This document shows, piece after piece, positions 45,322 through 54,500 of a stretch of DNA of 60,885 bases. The DNA lies in IMG/VR virus record IMGVR_UViG_3300030419_000057, positions 1 through 60,885 of that record. One strand, 5' to 3'. A program made the translations under genes and the position numbers. Below the pieces are notes generated by a model. It made no database searches. It saw only the letters and a list, made by a program, of their open reading frames with translations, and was not told the origin of the DNA. Source of the stretch: a virus (taxonomy: Duplodnaviria > Caudoviricetes). The first letter of the stretch is position 1, and each line of letters begins with the position of its first letter.

Positions 45322-45512
45322 TGGCTACTAAAGAAGCACTCTATAAAGATTCAGACCGTCCTGTAGCAAAGCCCACAGGTCAGGGATTTGGTGCAGCCCA
45401 TACAGGACCAGCAGTTCATGGTCCTATTCATGCTGTATGTGATTATGATTATCCACAGGGAAAAAGTTTTCCTATTGATAAGCATACAGCTTATAAGAGA
45501 GAGGGTAGTTAG
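45321..45512 (+). CDS. Hypothetical protein
   Basis: AGGAG SD; TAATG coupling. Confidence 0.55.
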   Translation: MATKEALYKDSDRPVAKPTGQGFGAAHTGPAVHGPIHAVCDYDYPQGKSFPIDKHTAYKREGS

Positions 45513-46286
45513 ATGACACAACTTTTAACTAAACCACTTAATGCAGCAGCTAAAGCTGCTTTAAAACTTTTAAAGAAGCCATCTATTATGGTAGATGATA
45601 CTGCTAAGTTTGCAGGAAAGTTTGGTGAAAAAGAAGCTGTTAAACATCTAGGTAAAACACGAGTTGATAAAGCAAAAAAAGCTATAGAGAAAAGAGGGGA
45701 AAAGAAAAAGGATAAAAAGAAAAAGAAAACCCCCAAATCTAAAAAAGGATTTACTAAAGAAGATTTAAAGCATATGACTAAAAAAGAACGTGCAGAATTT
45801 AGTAAATTAAGAAAACAACAAAAAGCAGATGAAAGAGGAACAGCTAGTGGAGGTTCAACTGCTGGTGGAGATCGTATTCAAACTTTAGTAAAACCTTCAA
45901 GAGTTACTCAAACTACTCCTGGTCAACCTTCTAGAAAATTAAAACGACAGCAAAGAATAGTTGTAGAACATCCACGAGGAGAACTTAAATCTAGAGCAAA
46001 AACATTTACGGATGACGAAATAAAGAATTTAGAACCACATGAGTTACGTGAACAACAGTTAGCTCCTATGCCTCCAGGTACACCTTCTCAGATTCACGAT
46101 ATGATGACAGGTAAAAAACTTCATCAATCTCAACTAGATGAAATTTATGATCAGATTAAGGAAGGAGCTATAAATCTTGATCGTAAACATGGTGGTAAAG
46201 TTAAAAAATATAAACATGGTGGTAAAATTAGTTCCCCCCGTGGAGTAGGTAAAGCTCTACGTGGTTGGGGTAAAGTTAGCTCATAA
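45513..46286 (+). CDS. Lys-rich protein with two HGGK[VI] motifs
   Basis: ORF track; ends RGVGKALRGWGK. Confidence 0.65.
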   Translation: MTQLLTKPLNAAAKAALKLLKKPSIMVDDTAKFAGKFGEKEAVKHLGKTRVDKAKKAIEKRGEKKKDKKKKKTPKSKKGFTKEDLKHMTKKERAEFSKLRKQQKADERGTASGGSTAGGDRIQTLVKPSRVTQTTPGQPSRKLKRQQRIVVEHPRGELKSRAKTFTDDEIKNLEPHELREQQLAPMPPGTPSQIHDMMTGKKLHQSQLDEIYDQIKEGAINLDRKHGGKVKKYKHGGKISSPRGVGKALRGWGKVSS

Positions 46287-46298
46287 AGGAGAAAAAAA

Positions 46299-47258
46299 AT
46301 GTTGGGAAAATTAAGTTCTAAATTAAGTCAGAAGATAGTAAAACCTAAAGTACGAAAGAAAAAACCAAATACAGCAGCAGATGAAGCACGTAAAAGTGAA
46401 GGAAGAAATATAGCTGATCTAACTCAACCTGCTGGAGGAAGTGCAGGACGTACTATAGATCAGGCTGATGATGGTGGTATACGTAGTAGTCAAAAGGCTG
46501 CGAAAGCTGCCTCTGGTTTTGATAAAGCTATAAAAAAGACAGAAAAAGAACTAGCTAAACAAAAAGAACTACTAAAAAAATTACAAGAAAATTTAAAAGC
46601 CTTTGGCTCAGTAAAGAATAAACCATTAAGACAAAAAATAAAAAACTTAAAGGAATCTATTGCATTAAACCAATCAAAACTTACTGGTAAAAAAGGTATG
46701 GTAACTAGAGGTGGTCCTAAAGTTAATAAACGTAAAACAGGAGGTCAAGTCGTGAAAAAAGCTGGTGGTGGTCAGATGAGCCGTGTAGGATTATCTCCTG
46801 CTGAAGAGAAACGATCAGGTACAATGTCTGAAAAGAAACGTGCTCAAAATATGCAGTATGGGGGTAAAGTTAAAAAGTATGATAAGGGTGGTAAAATAAA
46901 AGTAGCTGCTGTGCCAGATTGGATGAAAGGACTTAGTGAAGATGAAATTTCAGAAATATTAGGAGGTCCAACTAGACAGCCAGATGGTACAAAACGGCAT
47001 ACAGAACTTAAAAAGAAAAAGAAAAAGAAAGTACCTGTTAAAATGGCAAAGACTGGAGGTCAACTTAAAAAGTATGGTCATGGTGGTAAAGTAGATCATA
47101 ATACTTCTCGTATGAATAGACTTGAAGAACTTGGTAGACTGGATGCTGAACACGCTGATACCTCTAAAGGTAGGCGTAATCTACGTGCAGAGAAGAAACG
47201 TGTTGTAGCAGAAATTAAAGATGGAAATAAATTTGTTGCTCACTTTTATGATTCGTAA
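46299..47258 (+). CDS. Lys-rich protein with six xxGG[QK][VILM] motifs
   Basis: AAGGAG SD; ORF track. Confidence 0.7.
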   Translation: MLGKLSSKLSQKIVKPKVRKKKPNTAADEARKSEGRNIADLTQPAGGSAGRTIDQADDGGIRSSQKAAKAASGFDKAIKKTEKELAKQKELLKKLQENLKAFGSVKNKPLRQKIKNLKESIALNQSKLTGKKGMVTRGGPKVNKRKTGGQVVKKAGGGQMSRVGLSPAEEKRSGTMSEKKRAQNMQYGGKVKKYDKGGKIKVAAVPDWMKGLSEDEISEILGGPTRQPDGTKRHTELKKKKKKKVPVKMAKTGGQLKKYGHGGKVDHNTSRMNRLEELGRLDAEHADTSKGRRNLRAEKKRVVAEIKDGNKFVAHFYDS

Positions 47259-47329
47259 TGATTGACATTATCGTTAGTGCATATCTTGTAAAGTATATAG
47301 ATATTGTAACTATGGGATTTATTTGTTAG

Positions 47330-47467
47330 ATGCCTTTTAAATCTAAAAAACAACAAGACTTCTTAAAAATACACCATCCTGAGATTTACAGGAAGTGGAA
47401 AAAGAAGTATGGTACTAAGATTAAAAAGGCAACGAAAAAGAAGAAGACTACTAAGAAGAAGAAATAA
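47330..47467 (+). CDS. 45-aa very basic protein (not in ORF track)
   Basis: MPFKSKKQQDFLKIHHPEIYRKWKKKYG...; stop overlaps next ATG. Confidence 0.65.
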   Translation: MPFKSKKQQDFLKIHHPEIYRKWKKKYGTKIKKATKKKKTTKKKK

Positions 47468-47853
47468 TGGCAGAGATTAGTGATCAAACTTCTGTGGCTA
47501 TGCCCATACGTAATCTTTTAGCCATTATTTCTAGTGTGGTTGTAGGAGCATGGGCGTATTTTGGGGTAGTAGAAAGACTAAATAAAATTGAAACTAAGAT
47601 GCAGCTTATGGAAGCTGATCTTACAAAGAACAATGAGTTTAGAATTAAAACTCCTCAAAGCCCTACGGATAAAGAACAGTATATGTTAATAGAGCATATA
47701 GCAGGACAAGTAGAGAAAATTCAACAACAAATAGAATCAATGGCTCATAACAAAGTTAATATTAGTAGACTACAAAAAGATGTTGAAAAAACTATAAATA
47801 ATATAGAAGAGTTAAAAGATGGACAAAGAAATTTAAAGTATAATGGAAAATAA
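47467..47853 (+). CDS. Membrane-anchored coiled-coil protein
   Basis: N-terminal TM (LLAIISSVVVGAWAYFGV), then heptads. Confidence 0.65.
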   Translation: MAEISDQTSVAMPIRNLLAIISSVVVGAWAYFGVVERLNKIETKMQLMEADLTKNNEFRIKTPQSPTDKEQYMLIEHIAGQVEKIQQQIESMAHNKVNISRLQKDVEKTINNIEELKDGQRNLKYNGK

Positions 47854-47855
47854 TA

Positions 47856-48083
47856 ATGGAGTTATTTGTTGGATTTATTTTACACTTATATAATAGTGTG
47901 ACAGGACAGTTACTAGAGTTTACACCTAGAGATAGTTTATCGGAATGTCTTAAAGTTAAACGGGTAATTGAACGGAGTGATCCACCAAAAGAAAATCCAC
48001 GTTGGGTATGTAAAAAAGGAAAGTTAAAGTTAAAGAAGATGGGGGATGGAAAATATCATCCAGTAGAAATTATAGAGGATTAG
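47856..48083 (+). CDS. Hypothetical protein
   Basis: SLSECLKVKR.IER...WVC. Confidence 0.6.
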   Translation: MELFVGFILHLYNSVTGQLLEFTPRDSLSECLKVKRVIERSDPPKENPRWVCKKGKLKLKKMGDGKYHPVEIIED

Positions 48084-48085
48084 TT

Positions 48086-48511
48086 ATGAAAATATTAGGA
48101 ATACTATTAAGTATGTTTATACTAATAGGATGTAAAACAACAGACCCCGTAGTAGTTAAACCAAAAGTAGAAAAGAGTCAAGAGAAAAAAGAAGAAATTG
48201 TAATAGGTATTATGACAGTATCCTGTATTGAATTAAGTGCTATACAAGATTTATCTAATGGAGATAGAAACTCTATGGTAGATGTGCAACTTAGATTGCA
48301 ACAGCATATGGCAGCAGGTAAATGTGGTATTCATAAACCTAGAATAAGAGTACCTCTTGAAACTTTAGTTGATGAATACGTAGATTTTATGGGAATAGAA
48401 ACTCAAATATGGAAAGTAAAAAATTTAAATTTATGGACCTTAATTGCTAAAGGTACAGTAGAATATAAAAAATCACCCAAACAAGACGAGACACTTAATA
48501 TAGCTATATAA
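48086..48511 (+). CDS. Putative lipoprotein
   Basis: MKILGILLSMFILIG-C lipobox-like signal. Confidence 0.6.
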   Translation: MKILGILLSMFILIGCKTTDPVVVKPKVEKSQEKKEEIVIGIMTVSCIELSAIQDLSNGDRNSMVDVQLRLQQHMAAGKCGIHKPRIRVPLETLVDEYVDFMGIETQIWKVKNLNLWTLIAKGTVEYKKSPKQDETLNIAI

Positions 48512-48531
48512 ACTTAAATAAAAGGAATAAC

Positions 48532-49206
48532 ATGGCACTCTCAGGTACATACACATTTGACTTAGATATTGATGCTGTTATTCAGGAGGCCACTGAAATG
48601 ATTGGTGGTGGGGAAATCCTGGGACATGAACCTGCATCGGCACGTAGGTCACTTAATTTACTACTAGCAGACTGGCAGAATCAAGGAATACTCTTATGGT
48701 CTACAGATGTAAGTACGATTACTGTAGAAGTAAGTACAACTACGTATGACCTGAGTAGTGCTACTATTGATGTTATGGAAGCTGTCCTTAACAGGGATAA
48801 TACTGATCTCCAGATGACACGTATATCCTTTGAAGAATATTTAAAAATACCAACTAAGGGACAGACAGGTAGACCATCACAGTATACAGTTAAACGTAAT
48901 CAAAGTTATCCTACTATGTATGTGTGGCCTTTACCAGAAAATAGTACAGATGTTATTAAAGTAGAACGTATAGGATTTCTTCAAGATATAAATAAATCTG
49001 CTGGTCAGAATGCAGATATACCTCGTAGATTTTTACCATGTTTAACTACAGGACTAGCATACTATATGTCAATGAAAAGACCTGGAGTAGATGCTAATAG
49101 AATAGCAATGTTAAAAACAGTATATGGTGAACAATTTAAAAATGCTATGGAAGAGGATAAGGAGAGAGCAAGTTTGTATTTTAAACCTAAGTTAGGTTAT
49201 GTATAA
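48532..49206 (+). CDS. Tail tubular / adaptor-like virion protein
   Basis: SARRSLNLLLADWQNQG, GRPSQY, VWPLP, RFLPCLTTGLAYY. Confidence 0.65.
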   Translation: MALSGTYTFDLDIDAVIQEATEMIGGGEILGHEPASARRSLNLLLADWQNQGILLWSTDVSTITVEVSTTTYDLSSATIDVMEAVLNRDNTDLQMTRISFEEYLKIPTKGQTGRPSQYTVKRNQSYPTMYVWPLPENSTDVIKVERIGFLQDINKSAGQNADIPRRFLPCLTTGLAYYMSMKRPGVDANRIAMLKTVYGEQFKNAMEEDKERASLYFKPKLGYV

Positions 49207-49484
49207 TGGCTAATAATAAAAATGCTTTAGCTATTTGTGATACCTGTGGATTTAGATATCCTCATAGGGTAATGAGATTAAATAGTTATGGTATGCTTGT
49301 ATGTCCTACAGATTGGGATGGTGCATTTAACTTAGTTAATAATCCTCAAAATAAATCTCCTGATGTACGTGACGATGAAAACATTCGTAATCCCAGACCA
49401 GATGTAAACTTAGTTTTTGATACTGCTTGGAATACGAATATAAATCAATGGCAAGTTGAACAAAGACGGTGGGATTCAATATGA
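49206..49484 (+). CDS. Small Cys-containing virion-module protein
   Basis: ALAICDTCGFRY...LVC..DWD...PQ...NPRPD. Confidence 0.65.
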   Translation: MANNKNALAICDTCGFRYPHRVMRLNSYGMLVCPTDWDGAFNLVNNPQNKSPDVRDDENIRNPRPDVNLVFDTAWNTNINQWQVEQRRWDSI

Positions 49485-51502
49485 GCACAAAATTAACAGG
49501 TAAACAAATATCCAATACATATAACCAATTACTAAAGGTTAATGTATCTACCAATACAGGAATTACTTCTGACTTACAAACTATTCAGTCAGGAGATGCT
49601 ACTAATAGTGCCTTACAACTCTCACAAGGAGTAGTTAATATTAATGGCACATTTGCTTTAAATGGCGCAGAATTAACAGCTAATGCGTCTGCTTTAAATG
49701 CTATAACAGACTTATCTGGAGTTACTGGTATAGTAGCTATGGATAGTGGAACAGCAGCAGGTAGAACTTTAACAGCTGGTGCTGGTATTACAATTAGTAA
49801 TGGTAATGGTGTAGCTTCTAATCCTACTATTGCAGTTAGTCTTGCAGGTATTCATGTATCTACTTCTTCTGGACATTTTACTGGTAATGTTACTGCTGCT
49901 GGTTTTTATGGTCCTCTTATAGGAAATGTTACAGGAGATATTGATGGGGCTACAGGAGCTTTTAGTGATACAGTTAGTGCAACCAATGTTCATTCTGTTA
50001 GTATTAATAGCACTCGTTTAGTAGCTGATACAGGAAGTTTCACAACTAAAGTATCTGGTGTTGCAGCAGAGTTTAGTGGTAATGTTTCTGTAGGAGCTTC
50101 TATTTATGCTGCTGGTGGAGTATATACAGGTACAGTTAGTGCAGCATATTTTGTAGGAGATGGATCAGGATTAACTAATGTTCCTTCAGCAGAAGGTGGA
50201 ACTGTAAAGACTTTAGTAAGTGGTCCTGGTATGGCCTTTACTGTCGGAGGTTCTGCTGCTACAACTATTGCTGTAAGTGGTGTAATAGGTCTAGCTGCTA
50301 ATCAGACCTTTGGCACTGTATCCCTGGGAACGGTAGCTGTTACTACTGGATTATCAGTTCCTTCTGGTAGTGCAGCTACTTTTGGTGTGCCTATATCTGG
50401 AACATCAGCAGTATTTTCAGGAGATGTTTCAGCAGATAATGTTTATGCTGCTACACAGATGTATGTAGGAGGTGTGGCTGTTCCTGATGGGGCTGCTATA
50501 ACATCTATTAACAATGTAACTACATCTATTAATACTGTAATAACATCTATTAATAATGCTACAACATCAATTAATACCGTACTAGCAGCAACATCCTCTG
50601 CATTAGCAACTAGTATAGGAAATAGTAATACAAATATAACAACGAATACTAATGCTATAACATCTATTAATAATGTAACTACGTCTATTAATACTGTGTT
50701 AGCTAATGTATCTGCACTAACTACTGTTAATGCAGCAGCTATAACATCTATTAATACAGTTATTGCCAATACTTCTTCAGCTTTAGCCACAAGTATAGGT
50801 AATAGTAACACTAATATAACTACAAATACTAATGCTATAACATCTATTAATAATGTAACTACATCTATTAATACAGTTTTAGCTGCAACTTCTGCTGCTT
50901 TAGCTACAAGTATTGCTAATGTTTCTGCTGCAATGGCTACGAGTATAAGTAATAGTAACACTAATATAACTACAAATACTAATGCAATTACATCTATTAA
51001 CAATGTAACTACTTCTATTAATACTGTATTAGCTGCTACATCATCAGCTTTAGCTACTAGTATTGGTAATCATTTACCTCTAGCAGGGGGAACACTGACA
51101 GGGATAGTATCAGGTACAGATATTTATGTAAGTGCTATTGCTATTGGTGTAAATACTTTACTAGGTAAAGACTTACATATTGAAGCAGCAGCCGTAGCAG
51201 ATATAGTAAGTTTAACTGATGGTACTAATATTTCTGTAGATTTTAATGCAGGACAAAACTTTCATCTAACTTTAGCAGGTAATAGAACATTAGATAATCC
51301 TACTAACTGTGTTCCAGGTCAGGTAGGAAGTATATTTATTTCACAAGATGGGACAAAAACACTAGCTTATGGAACTTCATGGGAATTTATAGGGGGTACT
51401 ACTCCTAATCTAACAACAGGTTCAGCAGCAATAGATCGTTTAGATTATATAGTTCGTACCTCAACAGCAGTTCAGTCTATTTTATCACAAGGATATAGTT
51501 AA
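49481..51502 (+). CDS. Tail fibre with S/T/N-rich coiled-coil repeats
   Basis: YFVGDGSGLTN motif, repeated TSINNVTTSINTV, HLPLAGGTLTG, C-terminal beta domain. Confidence 0.75.
   Translation: MSTKLTGKQISNTYNQLLKVNVSTNTGITSDLQTIQSGDATNSALQLSQGVVNINGTFALNGAELTANASALNAITDLSGVTGIVAMDSGTAAGRTLTAGAGITISNGNGVASNPTIAVSLAGIHVSTSSGHFTGNVTAAGFYGPLIGNVTGDIDGATGAFSDTVSATNVHSVSINSTRLVADTGSFTTKVSGVAAEFSGNVSVGASIYAAGGVYTGTVSAAYFVGDGSGLTNVPSAEGGTVKTLVSGPGMAFTVGGSAATTIAVSGVIGLAANQTFGTVSLGTVAVTTGLSVPSGSAATFGVPISGTSAVFSGDVSADNVYAATQMYVGGVAVPDGAAITSINNVTTSINTVITSINNATTSINTVLAATSSALATSIGNSNTNITTNTNAITSINNVTTSINTVLANVSALTTVNAAAITSINTVIANTSSALATSIGNSNTNITTNTNAITSINNVTTSINTVLAATSAALATSIANVSAAMATSISNSNTNITTNTNAITSINNVTTSINTVLAATSSALATSIGNHLPLAGGTLTGIVSGTDIYVSAIAIGVNTLLGKDLHIEAAAVADIVSLTDGTNISVDFNAGQNFHLTLAGNRTLDNPTNCVPGQVGSIFISQDGTKTLAYGTSWEFIGGTTPNLTTGSAAIDRLDYIVRTSTAVQSILSQGYS
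50494..51070 (+). repeat. Intragenic imperfect tandem repeats
   Basis: Three copies of ATSI[GS]NSNTNITTNTNAITSINNVTTSINTVLA plus partial units. Confidence 0.85.
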
Positions 51503-54500
51503 TGGTATTTAGTAATAATCTTTTAATGGGTGCAGCAGCAGCAGCTAGTGGTGGGGGAGATGTAGTTTATGTTCCTAAAGGATCAATCTGGTTTGATAGA
51601 GGAAACTCTTATTTAACACGAACTCCTGGTAGTGCTGGAAACAGAAAAACATTCTCTTTATCGTGCTGGATAAAATATTCTACACTAAGTGCCGACCAAG
51701 TTATATGGGATGCTGCTCCTTCTGGTGATGGTAATGAAGATATGTTCCTTATAAGGAGTGACAATGTTCCAGAGTGGATGGGGGCAGGATATGATTATGC
51801 TAAAGCAACAAGAGTTCTGCGTGATCCTACTGCTTGGTATCATATATTAATAGTAATAGATTCAACTAATGTTGTTGCGAGTCAAAGAGCTTTAATGTGG
51901 ATAAATGGTGAGCTTATAACTAATACTGCTGGTAATACAATTACTTTGAATGCTGACGCAACGTATTGGAACAATACTAATCTACATTCTATTGGTAATA
52001 GACAACATCCAAGCGTAGGAGCTAGTAGTAGATATGGAGGATATTTATCTGAAGCTATTAGTTTAGATGGTTATGCAGCCACTCCTTCAGATTTTGGGCA
52101 ATATAATTCAAAGGGAGTATGGGTTCCTATAGACCCCACTGATCTTGTTACAGCAAATAAAGGATCGCTTGGTTTCTGGTTAGACTTTGCTGATTCTTCT
52201 GACTTAGGTAATGATGTTAGTGGAAACAATAATGATTGGGCCTTGACAGGTTTAAGCTCTACTAATGCTTCAGCGGATCGTTGTTCAGATGAAGCTGGAG
52301 ATACTGGAAATTTTGCAACATTTAATTCAGCCTATAGAGAAGGAAGTGGTTATAATGTACCGTTATCTAATGGTAATTTGACCTATGCTAACAGTGGGTT
52401 TGGAGCAGTATCGTCAGCAATAGGAACTATTGGTGTTTCTAGTGGAAAATTTTATTGGGAAGTATCATGGAGTGCAGCATCTCCATATTTAAGTAGTCGT
52501 GTAGGAATAGCTCAAGTAGATGACAGGGCTGCAAATCCTGATGGAGGTTCTTCTCAATATTTAGGAAGAACTGCTGGATCGTGGTCTTTTGCAGCTTGGG
52601 CATCAGGAGCAAATGCTGGCAAAAAAGAAACTAATGCATCATTTTCTAGTTATTACGACACAACTGTAGCTTTAACAGATAAAGTAGGCGTTGCGTTTGA
52701 TGCTGATAATGGAGCTATTTGGATATCAGTTAATGGAAGTTGGGTTGATGGAAGTGGTGGAGGACAGAGTAGTGCTACTGTATTAGCTTCTATTGAAACA
52801 TATGCCAATACTTACGTTATGTTTGATGGACTAACATCTGGGCCATATGTTCCTGTATGTACATGGGATGGAAGTGATGGAACAGGTGCAATAAATTTTG
52901 GTCAAACAGCTTTTACCTATACTCCTCCATCAGGATTTAAAAAATTAAATACTTCTAATATGTCTGAACCAGCAGTAAGTAAATCATCAGATAACTTTCT
53001 ACCTATTATTTATGAAGGCAACGGCACAGGACAACGTGTAGGAAACTTCATACCGTTTACAGATAGTTATGCAGTTAATTATTCTGCTAGGTTTGATGAA
53101 GGCGATCCAGATTACTTATCTAGAACTTTTAGGGGGGCTGGTTCAGGAACAGGAAAAACATGGACATATTCTGTTTGGGTAAAAAGAGGTGATCTATCCG
53201 CTGCTTATGGTGCTACATTATTTGGATGTAGTACAGGTGGAAGTAACGGGAATATTAAATTTGATGGTCCATCTGGAACAGTAGATAATGGGTTGGCCTT
53301 ATGGGTTGATAATGGCACTTACTATTTTAGAACTAATCAAAAAGTTACTACAAGCCAGAGTTGGGTAAATATTGTTATAGCAGTTGATACTTCTCAAGGT
53401 AGTGCAACCAATAGAGTTAAAATATATATTAATGGTAGTGAAGTAACTAGCTGGCAAGAATATGATACTCTTCCACTAAACCATGACACTTCATTTGGAC
53501 AAGCAAACGAACATTTTATTGGTTATAATATACCTAATGCTGGACAGCCTTATGATGGTTATATGGCAGAAGCTTGTTTTGTTGATGGTTATGCTTTATC
53601 TGCATCTGTATTTGGGCAAACTGATACATCTACAAATAGATGGATTCCAAAAGAAGTCACAACAGCTACACTAAATTCTGCTGGTGGTGGAAGTAGTGGT
53701 TGGGGAAATAATGGATTTTATTTTCCATTTCCACAAAAAACAGCATATGGACTAGATACAAGTCAGGGAGCTTCTGCTGCTTTAGATGCTCAAACATTAT
53801 TCTTAGCGAGTTTTGATGGCTCTGATGCAGCAACAAGTGCTACTGATGCTAGTAATTTTTCTCATACCATTACATTTGCAGGTAATGCTCAATTAGATAC
53901 AGCTATTAAAAAGTTTGGAACTGCTGCTTTATTGCTAGATGGTAGTGGTGATTATGTATCAATGGCCTCTTTTCCTGCATTAGGGTCTAATGCTTTTTGT
54001 ATTGAAGGATGGGCGTATTTAACTGATGGATCAGGAACTCAATTAGCATTTATAGGAAACCGTGATGGTGGTGCTGATGATGATAGTTGGCTAATTAATA
54101 TTGGTGGAACAGCAAAAAGAATGTCTGTAAGAACTGATAATACTGAAGTGATGTCATCTGATACAGATATTACTCTTAATACATGGACCCATATAGCTTA
54201 TACATGGGATGGAACTACTAATAGATTATTTCAAGCAGGAGCATTAGTTGCTTCTTCAACTAGTTTTAGTCCTAATTATTCAGATACTAATACATTATAT
54301 ATTGGACATGATGGAAGAGGAACAACTAATGATTGGCCTGGGTCTATTGATGAAGTTAGAGTTGTAAAAGGATCGGCTGTTTATACATCAACCTTTACTC
54401 CTCCAGCTTCAGCTTATTCTGCACCTGCTGCTGGAAATATGTTTATTCCTTTTAGTATGGATCAAACTTATGGCTCTAATCAGATGTATGATACACCTAC

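Noticed and set aside
45321-46286. TAG immediately followed by in-frame ATG as evidence of amber readthrough or recoding
   Set aside because: The same stop-ATG abutment occurs with TAA (2269/2270, 40437/40438), and conserved genes are intact under the standard code
47262-47290. TTGACA as a promoter (also at 33692)
   Set aside because: No acceptable -10 hexamer at 16-18 nt spacing
50443-51003. 186-aa hydrophobic repeat ORF on the minus strand
   Set aside because: Antisense shadow of the tail-fibre repeats
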